A stretch of DNA of 64,000 nucleotides from Hemiscyllium ocellatum (lineage: Eukaryota): positions 68,047,003 to 68,111,002 of the forward strand of contig NC_083403.1 of the NCBI RefSeq assembly GCF_020745735.1, written 5' to 3'. The position numbers and the translations under genes are program-made. Shown here one piece after another: positions 1 through 11,870 of this stretch (positions are counted from its first letter, which is position 1; every line of letters starts with the position of its first letter). The notes below the pieces were generated by a model. That model had not been told where the DNA came from. It did not search any database and saw only the letters and a program-made list of their open reading frames with translations.

Positions 1-1221
1 ATAACTGACAATTATTACAATTTGAGCAGGATTTCCTGTTAGATGGGGAATTATTTTAGTAGAAAGTCAGTTTTTTCATGTTCAAAGGCTGTGTTATATT
101 TTAAATTAAATTCTTTATTTTTACAGAAGTTCATGAGCTGCTATAGGTGATAAATAAATTGTACATGTTGTGGTTAGCAAAAATTTATAACTATATTTGT
201 AACTTTTTAAAAATTAATACCAATTTTTAACCATTTTCCAACAGCCTTGACTTGTCGCTGGGTTCCATGGTGACTGCACATCCTTTGGTATTTTGCAAAA
301 CCTACACATCATTTACTAAGGGAGGAAAAAAGGGAGGCTATTGAAATACATTTTTAAGAACAAAATTCCGTAATAATCAAAAATGCACTTTTTCTTGCAA
401 AAGTGCTGAATACTAGATTAGCATTTAATACTAGTATTTATAGCCAGATGTAAAGACGAATGGCATAAGTGCTAGTCTTACATTGTGTTACTTTGAGTAA
501 GTATTTCTGGAAAGTACACCAGTGATGAATTTCTCCTTCCCTTCCTTTGAAATTGGCTAATAGACCAGGAATCTAACTTTGTGTCTTCCTAGTTTATATG
601 AACTGACGGTTAATTTCTTATGAAAAAGCACATTTACCTAAGTTACTCCTTTTACCCAAATAAACATTTAGTTAGGTATTACTAATTTCTCTCAAGGTAG
701 TTTTTCGTTTCAACTGTTAATTTTCCATTCAAAGAATTTGAAGCTGTAAATGGCTTTGTTAAAATAAAGCAAATGAAATTTTGTCCCTTGTCTGCTCTGG
801 TTCTGAAGAAGCAGATTGACGTCTGAAACTAGAGAGTGGTAACTCCCTGGGTAAATTAGTGGCAAGGAGGTCATTTAATCAAATAGGAGCATGGCAAGTG
901 AGGGTCCCCTGCGATTTCACACCTCCACTCTGATTCCACGGTCAGGAGGCCTGTGGACAGCCTTGCCACTCCACTGGCAGTTTATGGCTCTTATGTAGGC
1001 AATTAATGTTGTCAGTAGTATTGATCCAGCTTTACAGGGAGAATTACAAGCCAGTTCACCAGGAATCCTGTGATATAACAGTGATCGTTTGCCTCAGATG
1101 GGTGTTGTACCAGCAGGAGCCACTGCGTGCCTGGTAGCAGTATCATTTAATGTGCTGCTGGCCTCTAATTCTCTGTGAGAGACTTCCTGGGGAAGACCTG
1201 CTGCTCTCTAGTTAAGAGCCT

Positions 1222-2412
1222 GAATAGTCAGAGGTTTACAGCATGGAAATGGACTCTTTGGTCCAACTTGTCCATGCCGCCCAGTTTACCCAATTAATCT
1301 AGTCCCATTTGCCTGCATTTGGTCCATATCCCTCCAAATCTATTCCATCTATGTACTGTCCAATTGTTACTTAAATGACAAAATTGTACTTACCTCCACT
1401 ATTACCTCTGGAAGCCTGTTTGAGACACTCACCACCCTCTATATGAATTGTCCCTCTGGACTCCTTTGTGTCTCTCCCCTTTCACCTTAAACCTGTGCCC
1501 TCTAGTTTTAAACTCCCCTACCATGGGAAAAGTTGTTGACTATATACCTTCTCTATGCCTCTCATGATTTAATAGACCTTGTAAGGTTACCCCTCACTCT
1601 CCTACACTCCAGGGGAAAAAAGTTCCAGCCTATCCAACTCTCCTTATTACTCAAACTTTCCAGTTTAGTTAGCATCCTAGTAAATCCTTTCTGTACTCTT
1701 TCTAGTTTAATAATACCCTTTCTCTAATAGGGCAACCAGAACTGCATGCAGTATTCCAAATGTGGTCTTACCAACATCTTGTACAGCTGTCCCCAAGATG
1801 TCCCAACTCCTAAACTCCATGCTCTGACCGATTGAAAGCAAGCATGCTGAAAGCCTTCTTGACCACCTTGTTTACCTGTGACTCCACTTTCTAGGAGTTA
1901 TGAACCGATATCTGGATCTCTTTGTTCTGTAACACTCCCAAGTCCTCTATAAGTCTTGCCTTGGATTGACCTATCAAAATGCAACACCTTGCATTTATCT
2001 AAACTAAACTGCATCTGCCAATCCTCAGACCAATGGCCCAGTTCTTAAAGATTTTTGCTGTATTCCGAGATAACCTTCTTCACTGTTCACGACACTGACA
2101 ATCTTAGTATCATCCACAAACTTACTAACCATATCTCCTAAATTCTCATCCAAATCATTTTTATAAATAATGAATAACAGCGGACTCAGCTCATCACAGG
2201 TCACAGGCCTCCAGTTTGAAAAACCCTGTATCCCCCCATCCTCTGTCTTCTATCTTCAAACCAGTTTTGTATTCAACTGGCCAGCTGTCCCTGGATCCCA
2301 TGAGATTTAACCTTACTCAACAACCAACTATGTGGTATTTTGTCCAAGTCCTTGCAATTAGACAGCATCTATTGCACTGCCCTCATCTATTTTCTTGGTC
2401 ACCCATTCAAAA
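1222..2412 (-). mobile_element. CR1 LINE 3' fragment (decayed RT C-terminus and 3' UTR) in a TUBE1 intron
   Basis: Colinear with the better-preserved CR1 at 32956-34200 (e.g. acagcatggaaa..ggtccaac, cccctcactctcctacactccagggg, ttccaaatgtggtcttaccaa). Boundaries approximate. Confidence 0.8.
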
Positions 2413-2595
2413 CTTCGACTTTTATCTCAGAAAATTGAACTTAATCAAAAGAAAAATTCTTAAAATTTCTTTCAAATTCACTGCAATGATTACTTAGCTG
2501 TTTCTTCATTAACGATTTTGTAGTATTACTCCATTTTAACATCTGTGAAAGCTGCAGTTATCATTTTGCGTGTTGTACCCTATGTTTCTATACAG

Positions 2596-2770
2596 GTTGA
2601 AACCTTCTCTCCAGTTTATCCAGTGGAATCAGGAAGGTTGGAAAACAAGTCTCTGTTCAGTACCTCCAGTTGGTCATACTCACTCCTTATTGGCACTAGC
2701 TAATAATACTTGTGTTAAGTCTACCTTCAGTGATCTAAAGGATCGATTTGTGAAACTTTACAAGAAAAAG
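2596..2770 (+). CDS. TUBE1: Tubulin epsilon chain, penultimate coding exon ((R)LKPSLQFIQWNQEGWKTSLCSVPPVGHTHSLLALANNTCVKSTFSDLKDRFVKLYKKK)
   Basis: Acceptor tttctatacAG|G at 2595/2596 and donor AAG|GTaaat at 2770/2771; 175 nt, phase 2 to phase 0. The peptide closely matches the vertebrate epsilon-tubulin C-terminal region as I recall it (RLKPSLQFVSWNQEGWKTSLCSVPPVGH). Confidence 0.95.
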
Positions 2771-3319
2771 GTAAATTCCGAATAATTCATATGTCTTGAT
2801 GGTATCTAAGAACTTGGGTTAATGGCAGAAAAAATTAGATATTAGTTAAAGGAGCATTAGTTGGATTGGGAAGAAGGGGCAGATGTATCTTGTTGTAGGT
2901 GTGAGGGGTGTACTTATTTTTGTCTTTACAGGCTGCAACACCTTGCACTCATTGGACCAGTTGCACGGGCTTTGGTGAGGTGGTGGCTTGGGCATATTGT
3001 TTATCGTGACAAGGTGGTGTATTCTTGCAGAACCACTTATGGCCTCAATTGGCCTCAGGGCGGGAAAACTGTCCATGACCTTTCTTGGCACTGATATGAT
3101 TCAGTGGTTTGGGAAGACAGCGGGCACATCACCTCTGCACCTTCCCTCACCATTTTAAAGCCCCCTGCTCACACCCCTCTATCATGCCTAAGGGCTATAG
3201 AAAATTTCACCTAGGAATTCTGTTTGTCAATGTAATTACTTCTATCTGTTTCTTAAAAAATGGAAAATTTAGAACTTGATATTACAAACATGCTTTTCAG
3301 TCCAGGTTGATGGTTAAAT

Positions 3320-3487
3320 GACAGAGACAACTGGTGGTGATTTTAAACTAAGGGTCACCATGCCTCAGCAAGGGATAGGATCAAGAAAGCAGATTTTCAT
3401 GGTGATTTTGGTTAGTGCAGGAATTCAACCCACACTCTTGGCATTGCTCTGCAGTGCAAACCAGCCGTCCAGTGCACTGACCTACCA
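3320..3487 (-). mobile_element. tRNA-derived SINE, second family (decayed)
   Basis: The minus strand shows an A-box/B-box-like head (gtgtgggttgaattcctgcact). Shares the block agggtcaccatgcctcag with a second copy at about 50465-50652. Confidence 0.55.
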
Positions 3488-3980
3488 TTGCAATAGGCCC
3501 AGGACAAGAATATGAGTATGAGAGCCCGGTGGTTTATTGATATGACAAGTATTACACCACAGAGGCAGAGAGCTCAATCACATCAGCCTTCCTAGCTCTA
3601 TATTCACAACACAATAAAATTAAAAACATCAAAGACCCTCAAAATTGACTCCAGTGGTTCCTAAACAGACATTTGAATAAACAATTCCAGTTTCTTTGAA
3701 TAATAAATTTGGACACCAGGTTTGTAGCTTAATGAAAATAGAGCTATTTATGAATAATCCAGTAGCTTTGCTAGAGCAAAATTAAACAACAAAGTAATCT
3801 AATTACTTCTGTGATTTAAACCCAATAACCTTTGTTTTCAGCCCCATTGAAACAAGAGACCAACAGACAAACAAGCACAGTTAAGGGATAAATAAAATTT
3901 AAAAAAACAGATTAGTTGAGCGTTTTTCATGATTCATTGGTCTGCATTGTATTTAGTATACAGACTTTTTTTAAAAAAAT

Positions 3981-4125
3981 AGATTAGATTAGATTACTTA
4001 GTGTGGAAACAGGCCCTTCGGCCCAACAAGTCCACACCGACCTACCGAAGCGCAACCCACCCATACCCTTACATTTACCCCTTATCTAACACTACGGGCA
4101 ATTTAGCATGGCCAATTCACCTGAC
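3981..4125 (-). mobile_element. HE1/V-SINE-type SINE, 3' half, in the last TUBE1 intron
   Basis: (AGATT)n tail followed by ggaaacaggcccttcggcccaacaagtccacaccgacc; near-identical to the 3' half of the full copy at 45267-45579. Confidence 0.85.
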
Positions 4126-4326
4126 TAAGATTAAGAGCTTGAGGGAGCTGCAGCTACCACTTAGCAAGCAAAATCAAAGATGTTTGTTTATTCTTCCATT
4201 AACATTTCTTTTGTATAACTTACCTTCCTAATGCAATTTGACCACATAATGATAGGATATTGCTAGCAATCACAAGGTTTCAGTGAATTGTTTGAATAAT
4301 AAATTGTACTAATTTTGCCATTTCAG

Positions 4327-4485
4327 GCTCACATTCATCATTACCTCCAGGTGGATGGAATGGAACAAAGTTGTTTCACAGAAGCCAAAAATTCTTTGTC
4401 ATCCCTAATCGAGGAGTACAATCAGTTGGATGCTACTAAAGGACTACCAGTCACCAATATGCCCCGTCTTTCCATTGCAATGTAA
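4327..4485 (+). CDS. TUBE1: Tubulin epsilon chain, last coding exon (AHIHHYLQVDGMEQSCFTEAKNSLSSLIEEYNQLDATKGLPVTNMPRLSIAM*)
   Basis: Acceptor ttttgccatttcAG|GCT at 4326/4327, phase 0 matching the preceding exon; 52 codons then TAA at 4483-4485. Matches the epsilon-tubulin C-terminus (AHLHHYLQVEGMEESCFTEA...PRLSIAM) from memory. Confidence 0.95.
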   Translation, partial: AHIHHYLQVDGMEQSCFTEAKNSLSSLIEEYNQLDATKGLPVTNMPRLSIAM

Positions 4486-5407
4486 AATATTATATGGTGA
4501 AAGGAAGGGTGTTAAACCCATATTACAATTCCAACCTCAGTAATAATTATTTTCCAAAAATTGGAATAATCAACTGCATAGTTATAAGCATTATATACAA
4601 AGTTGTTGCTCAAATCTAAAAAGGGATTTACACCTGACACTGGCCAAATTGTACATAAAATGCGTCCTGGTGTAAGATTTTGAATGTGAATTCTCCTGAT
4701 CTATTAGTGTTTATCTGAATCCACTTACATTGGTGAGTTAGTTGGCCGACAAACCTAAGTACTGTAGATAGACCAACAAAGTTGCTGGAAAGCTTGAAAT
4801 GCTGTTCTCATCAAGAAGATGGTTCAAGCATTGTATTCATCAGTAAATTAAGATTGGGGGGAAAAAGTCAGTGTTCTTATTCCTGGCAGTTTGGCAAAGA
4901 TTTAGTTGGGCCATTGGAAGTTTCACCCACCTATTGGCGCACCAGTAGTGAATCCCCATCAGTTACGTGAACTAGGCCTGATGCACTTAATTGGCCACGT
5001 TCAGGCCTTCAAAGTGGTTGAGTTTCCAAGTAGCAGTAATTCTGCCTGTCAAGAATTGCTGGCCAAATGAAAAGCACTGCATCCATCCTGTGCCCATTGT
5101 CATCTTCAGACCCCAGGCCACTGAAGGGCTGGTGGGAGGCAAGGATAGGAGTGGCTTTCAATGGCCACACACTGTTTACTAACATGTTCATTGATCAGGC
5201 AAAGAGTGACTGCCTGCCTCTAGCAAACCAGAGAGGTTCTCCTGAATAGCCTTCCAAGGGTATGAAATACTGTGCAACTTTCATTTAATCCCTGGATCAT
5301 AAATGAGATTAAGTGACATCTCTTCTCAGGCGGGCAGCAATGCTGTGTCAGTCCCTTCTATCCTGCAAATTAATCAGGGAGTTTTCCATCTGCTGGGAAG
5401 CTGACAT

Positions 5408-6150
5408 TGATTTTATTGTCACATGTACTGAAATACAGTGAAAAGTGTTATTTTGCGTGCCATACAGGAAGATCTTACCATACGAAGTGCATCAGGGCAG
5501 CAGAAAAAAATTCCAAATTAAAGTGTTACAGCTGCAGAGAAGGTGCAGAGAGAAAGATTGGAATTAACATTTGAGCGGTCTGTTCAAAAGCCTGATAACA
5601 TTGGAGACCTGGTCATACGTTTTCAAACTTTTATATCTTCTGCCCAATGGAAGGTTGAAGAGGGTTATTACTGAGATGGGAGGGGTCTTTGATTATGTTG
5701 GTTGCTTTCCTGATGCAGCCAGAAGTATAGATGGAGTCCATGGGTGGAAGGCTGGTTTGCATGATGGACTGGGCAATTTGGTAGGCTCATGTTGATCTGA
5801 GCTAGGACTAACTTCTCAAAGCATTTCTTAATTATTGAGGTCAGAGCCACTGGGCGGTAGTCATTGAGACATTATGTACACTTACAATTACACAATGTAA
5901 GTACATTTTTCTTTGGCACCAGGATGATGATGGTCTTCTTGAACAGGTGGGGACTTCAAATCATTGTAAGGATCTCTAGTAAGATCATAGTTAAAGATTT
6001 CTATGAATGTTCCCACCAGCTGATCCACAAGGGATCTGAATGTATGACTGGGAGTTCCATTCGGGCCAGTCACTTTCAGTGGGTTCATGCTCAAGAAGGC
6101 CGATCTAACATTGGTGACAGTGACTGTGCGTATTGCTGCAGCCATAATTA
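5408..6150 (-). mobile_element. Rex1/Babar-type LINE fragment with internal deletion
   Basis: Minus-strand peptides VRSAFLSMNPLKVTGPNGTPSHTFRSLVDQLVGTFIEIFN and ALTSIIKKCFEKLVLAQINMSLP resemble Rex1/Babar ORF2 (NPRKAAGPDG..ADQLAGVFTDIFN; VALTPIIMKCFERLVL). 3' end cacttttcactgtatttcagtacatgtgacaataaa near 5410. Confidence 0.7.
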
Positions 6151-6856
6151 AATGGCCCGAATCAGCATGGCAGTACTGCAATGAGTTACATAAAATCCAA
6201 TTCTGTGATCCGGGGGGGAGTTAATAACCTTTTTGATAGAACATTTTGAAGTAAATACTACCATAGAGTTATGGTTCACAGATATTTGTTCCATTATCAA
6301 AAGGTTAAGATACTGACATGTTAGTGAACTGTAAAGCATTAAAATGACACTTCAAAATTTGTTGAATTGATTGAAATCCCATAGTTAAAACACTTTTTTC
6401 AGTTCTGTGAAATTGCAACAGACAAGAAAACTGTAAAAAATTTCTTTTCTGGATTCTACAAGTAATCAATTTAGTTTGCATTCTTGCTTGTACCAGTAAC
6501 CAAATTTTAATCATTCTTATAAATTATCCGTACTAAAACTTTTCTGTAAGTGAAATACCAAAGGTAACCAATGGTTGCATGAGTATTAATATTTAAAAGA
6601 TGGGTATACAGTATGTATTTTTGCATATGAACTAATGTGAATTTAGCATGTAAGTTCCATGCTATTTATATACATTTATCATTTAACGTTTGACTTTTCT
6701 CATTGATAATTCTATTAAAATTATTTTGATATATTTGCTTCACCATTATTTGGCTCATATATAATATGCACTTACTACTTTGTGCATTTGGAAAAAGTGT
6801 GTTACTTGTACAGTGCAAATCCCACCATCCTGTTATGAAACACTATATAAGTAAGT

Positions 6857-7674
6857 TCAAAGTTTGTGAGAAGATTTGTAGCTCAGGTGTTCGTTGTTGT
6901 GGTTCTGTTCGCCGAGCTGGGAACTTGTGTTGCAGACATTTTGTCCCCTGTCTAGGTGACATCCTCAGTGCTTGGGAGCCTCCTGTGAAGCGCTTCTGTG
7001 TTGTTTCCTCCAGCATTTATAGTGGTTTGTCTCTGCCGCTTCCGTTTGTCCGTTCCAGCTGTCCGCTACAGTGGCCGGTATATTGGGTCCAGGTCAATGT
7101 GTTTGTTGATAGAATCCGTGGATAAGTGCCATGCCTCTAGGAATTCCCTGGCTGTTCTCTGTTTAGCTTGTCCTGTAATAGTAGTGTTGTCCCAGCATGA
7201 GCAAAACCAACGTAGTGTACAAAATCCCATGCAAGGACTGCACAAAACACTACATAGGACAAACAGGAAGACAGCTAACGAGCCGTATCCATGAACACCA
7301 ACTAGCCATGAAACGACACGACCAGCTATCCTTAGTAGCCATACACACAGATGACAAGCAACATGAGTTTGACTGGCACAACACTACTATTATAGGACAA
7401 GCCCGACAGAGAACAGCCAGGGGAATTCCTAGAGGCATGGCACTTATTCACAGATTCCATCAACAAACACATCGACCTGGACCCAATTTCCCGGCCACTG
7501 CAGCGGACAGCTGGAACGGACAACCGGAAGCGGCAGAGACAAACCATTATAAATGCTTGAGGAAACATCACAGAAGCGCTTCACAGGAGGCTCCCAAGCA
7601 CTGAGGATGTCACCTAGACAGGGGACAAAACGTCTGCAACACAAATTTCCAGCCTGGTGAACAGAACCACAACA
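6857..7674 (+). mobile_element. Penelope-like element fragment (GIY-YIG endonuclease) with inverted terminal arms and 12-bp TSD
   Basis: ORF 7197-7604 has NVVYKIPCKDCTKHYIGQTGRQLTSRIHEH (GIY-YIG). 6893-7195 is the reverse complement of 7373-7674. Direct repeat atataagtaagt at 6845-6856 and 7675-7686. Confidence 0.9.
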
Positions 7675-7883
7675 ATATAAGTAAGTAGTCATTAACACCT
7701 CCAGTAAGTGGTTTTACAGAAAATTTAAAATTTTCATACATATTGCGGACATAACATCAAGCTATTGAGTACAATTTCCAAGTGCATAAAATATCATTGT
7801 TTGTTTGATATTTTCCCAATCTAAAAGGCTAATTACTCTTCCTTTTATACATTGCATCTGTTCTGAACTGAAATCTGCAACTT

Positions 7884-8172
7884 TTAGATTAGATTACTTA
7901 CAGCGTGGCCCGACAAGTCCACACCGACCCATTCCACCCCTTCACCTAACACTACAGGCAATTTAGCATAGCCAATTCACCTAACTGCACATTTTTTGGA
8001 CTGTGGGAGGAAACCGGAGCGCGGAGGAACCGGAGCACCCAGAGGAAACCCACGCAGACGAGGGGAGAATGTTCAAACTCCACACAGACATTTGCTCGAG
8101 GTGGGAATTGAACCTTGGTCTCTAGCACTGTGAAGCAGTGGTGCTAACCACTGTGCCACTATGCTGCTCCCA
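7884..8172 (-). mobile_element. HE1/V-SINE-type SINE
   Basis: (AGATT)n tail, V-domain-like core ggaggaaaccggagcaccc..gaaacccacgcagac, and tRNA-like head on the minus strand (gtggcacagtggttagcac...ggttcaattccc). Confidence 0.85.
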
Positions 8173-9729
8173 TTTTAATTCCATTCTCGCTCATCAATGT
8201 TGCAACTGAAACAGGTGGCATGCACCATTGCTCATGTTTCTCTACACTATGGGTCACAACAGAAAACAAAAGCATTTAACCCAAATCCTGACATGGTGTA
8301 CTGTTACTTTCTCCATAATCAACTTATAATGAAAAGATCTATCCAGGTTTCTTTTATAATAAAATTATAATTTTGTGTTTATTAAACAACACACCTTTCG
8401 ATAAATAGATAGAATTGGTTAATACATAATTTGTAATATGATTATATCAATGTGTACTGTCCTAAATAGTCCAAAACAAACAAACATACACGTAGCTTAA
8501 GGGAAAGAATAGGTTTTTCTGTAGGGATTAATGATGGTCAGAAAGTGTTTTTCTTTATAAGGGTGGTTATTCCTGAATGCAGAAACAAAAGATGCAGAAT
8601 GCTTTGTAATCTGTCATTTTGCACATGTGGTTCAGTTACTAGTCATGTGCAATTGTTCAGAGTGCCTTGACAGATACAGAATGCTCAGAAAATATAATAT
8701 TGGTAAGTTCTTTCGGTCACTCTTCCAGAAGAACAATTGGGTTCCACCCTGATCTCAGAGCAAAAGTATTTTCGAAACTGGAGTCATAAATTGTTCTGTA
8801 GCAGGCTTTTCCCAACTGAAATATCAAAACACAAACTCCAAATCTACAAATGATGTTCAAGCAGAATAGCCATAATATCTAGTCTTAAAACAATCAGGTG
8901 TGTTCCCTGAATTGAGTTCAAGCAACTAATTTCTCGAATTATTTCCATTTGATTTCTAAGAAGTGGCTTAATTTGAAATAAAATGTTCCGAAGATCTTCA
9001 CATTTACCTTTTTAGATGCCTGGATTTCTTTATGTCCACAAATGTTATTAAGTAAAAAGTGACTTCATAAATATTATTGTTTTGGCAAAGCTGCAGATCC
9101 AGACTCTAAATGGATTCGTTAACTCTACACGATGGGGAGAATTGACTTTTATTTACAAGTTGTGGGTTGTTTTCTTTAGAATGTTGCAGATCGCTTTAGT
9201 TGCTGTGGTCAGCTTTTGTTATAGCTGTTAAGAATTTTTAGAGCAAGTTGTTGCCCAAGGATTAGCATGAAGTCTCCTACATGAAATGAAAGCTTTCAAT
9301 AAAAGGATATTTTTAAAATCTCATAACAAGTAGTAACAAATCTCATAGTAATGACAAGCCGTTAAAGAGGGTACATTGCCTCCATATTTTCAATTATCTT
9401 GGTTGGTAACAACAAAGACTTGTAGGGTGTTTTTTTTAAAGCATAAGACTACATCTTTGTCCAGTTAAAGCTAGTTAACAATGTTTTATTTTGGCAATAA
9501 GGAGCCAATCACATGATATCCTTGATTTTCTTTTGAAAAAGACAGTTTATCAACACTATTCCTGTAGGGGAGGGGATGTAAAATAAAGATCATCAATCAT
9601 CAGACCTTTCCCTCAACTCTCACATGCACTGTCAAGATAAAAGGGAATAATTTCTAATGCAAGAGCATGATCAAGGAGTGTATATTTTTTGAGCATTGGA
9701 CATCTTTGAGATGTAAGGATTTATAATGT

Positions 9730-9885
9730 CCTTTAGGGAAGGAAATCTGTCTACTTAGTCTGGCCTACATGTGACTCCAGATCCATTGCAATATGGATGA
9801 CTCTTAACTGCATTCTGGGGCAATTAGGAATAAGCAATAAATACTGGCCTGACCAACGATGCCCATATCCCATGCATGAACATAA
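9730..9885 (+). mobile_element. SINE 3' fragment, third family
   Basis: tttagggaaggaaatctg...tggcctacatgtgactccagatcc...gggcaattagg...aataaatactggc. Reverse-complement relatives at about 47775-48120 and 59475-59710. Confidence 0.6.
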
Positions 9886-10459
9886 AAGAACCTAACACCA
9901 CATTGATTTTTTGAACCATCTGTTTTAGAGATTTATCTTTTAAATTCATAGTTTCTTAATGCTCCTTTCCAATTCACTCGGTTATTCTTCCTCAGCGAGA
10001 GAGAGTAATCACCTGCCTGTTTCAGTTCTGCAACTCCCCCCCCCCCCCAAAAAAAAAGAAAGCAAATCTGAAGTTTTTAATTTTTTAAGGCTTGATCATT
10101 GCAAATTATGTTTCCCTCTCCAGCGTGAGGATTTTCACAATGGTGCAAATCAGAGTGGAGCTGAGAACCTTTTCATATCTTCTGTGGCTATTGATGTCAT
10201 TTGGTTTCATTGTCTTGTGGGGAAAAAAAACATAAATTTCAACTGTATTTTTCTAATCCCTGCCAGTTTCCTGAAAATGTTTTTTTTAAAAAAATGGTGT
10301 TTGTGGGTGCCTTATTAAAACTATTTCAGTCTATCAAAGTCCCAGGTATTATAGTGGGTGATGGAATTCAAGGTCAGAAGTCCATATTTTATGTAAGTGA
10401 GGCATTACAGAGTATCAATCAGGCAGGAATTTTTTTTCAAGGAGCCACAGCACATAACA

Positions 10460-11210
10460 AAAAGGAACAGGAGTAAAAACAGAGTGCAATCAATATGATG
10501 ATAGCTGATCTCAACTCTATTTTCCTGCCTCCATGCTATATCTCTTAATTCACTGAGACCAAAATCTGTTTATTCTAACCTTAGACTTATTTGCAATATA
10601 GCATTCACAATCTTCTAAAGATTCATTACCTTTTGAGTTAACTAATTTATCCTCATCCAAGTTCCAAATCATCAGCCCCTTATCCTGTGACTGTACTCTT
10701 GTGTTCTAGATTCCTTGACTAGCATAAACAATTTCTTAGCATCTATACTTCAGCCCCTTCAGAATCTCAGGTAAATTTTGGAGATTGTCTCTAATCCTTC
10801 TGAATGCCAAAGAATATAGATTCAGCTTACAAATCTTCTCATCATGGAGCAACCATCTAAATCAGGGACCAATCTAATGGACCTTCACTGTGCTGCCTCC
10901 AATGCAATCATATACTTCCTTTAATGTGGAGACCAAAACTGAAAACAATATTTTAGTTTCAAGACTTACTTAACTGGGGTAAGACATTCTTCAATTCCAT
11001 TTCCCTTGCAATAAAAGCAAATGTGTAACATGCCTGCTGTACTTGTATGTTCATGTTCTACATGACACATGTACGCTGTCTATTTACAAGTTCTACATGT
11101 TCAAAACATTCTGCTTTTCTATTCATACAACAGAAGTGAATAATCTCACAGTTATCCACATTATATCTGTCATCTTGCCCATTCATTTAAACTATATTTC
11201 TCTCTGCAGT
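10460..11210 (-). mobile_element. Old CR1-like LINE 3' fragment
   Basis: Degenerate similarity to fragments at 32130-32770 and 52800-53150 (aggagta..., atgatagctgatct, gaccaaaactg, ttcccttgcaataaaagcaaa). Confidence 0.55.
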
Positions 11211-11714
11211 CTTTGTGACATCCACACAATTTACTATCCATTTAGATTGTAACATTAATAAGCTTCAATACATAGCATGAAATTTGCTGTAAAGAGTAAT
11301 GTTGCTACAACCTTTCATCATGCACACTAACAATGCTAACTTTCAAACAATCACAACCATTTACAAGAAGGTGAAAGCGGTGTTGATTGGTTTGCAATGG
11401 GCACTAAAGCCCCCAATCTTCCTGGGTCATTCAACAAGGCTGCAAGGCGTGAACATAGTTCTTTTCTTTGCAGAGAAAAAAAAAGGTTTGCAGTGTAAAT
11501 GGTCCACATTATTAGCTTGACCAATTGTCTCAATTTTGTTTATTATGAACAATTAATAGAACATGCTGTTTAATTCAATCAGCCTTACTACAAAAAATTA
11601 TGTACCAATACTAAAAGTCATACATTATGTTGTTCAATTGTTTGGTAGGTAGAATGTCATTTTGGACTGATGGCAATATCCTATTAGTGGAAAATGACAC
11701 TTATTTAATCACTG

Positions 11715-11870
11715 TCAGGAGTGTGGCGCTGGAGATTATTACTGATGAAGGGCTTATGCCTGAAACGTCGATTCTCCTGCTTCTCGGATGCTGCCTGACC
11801 TGCTGTGCTTTTCCAGAACCACACTCTAGACTTTGATCTCCAGGATCTGCAGTCCTCACTTTCTCCTACG
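11715..11870 (+). mobile_element. Short non-autonomous Penelope terminal-repeat insertion carrying a hammerhead motif
   Basis: Flanked by ttatttaatcactg (11701-11714) and ttatttgatcactg (11871-11884). Body matches the PLE terminal repeat seen at 19390-19461 and 62140-62265. Confidence 0.8.
11742..11769 (+). ncRNA. Minimal hammerhead ribozyme motif (PLE family A)
   Basis: CTGATGA-A-GGGC-TTAT-GCCT-GAAA-CGTC: intact core, 4-bp stem II, palindromic ACGT stem III, GUC cleavage triplet; stem I poor. Confidence 0.6.

Noticed and set aside
1-2595. Additional upstream TUBE1 exon
   Set aside because: I could not find the expected preceding peptide (ending about DLRRNIE) in this interval; it probably lies left of the window.
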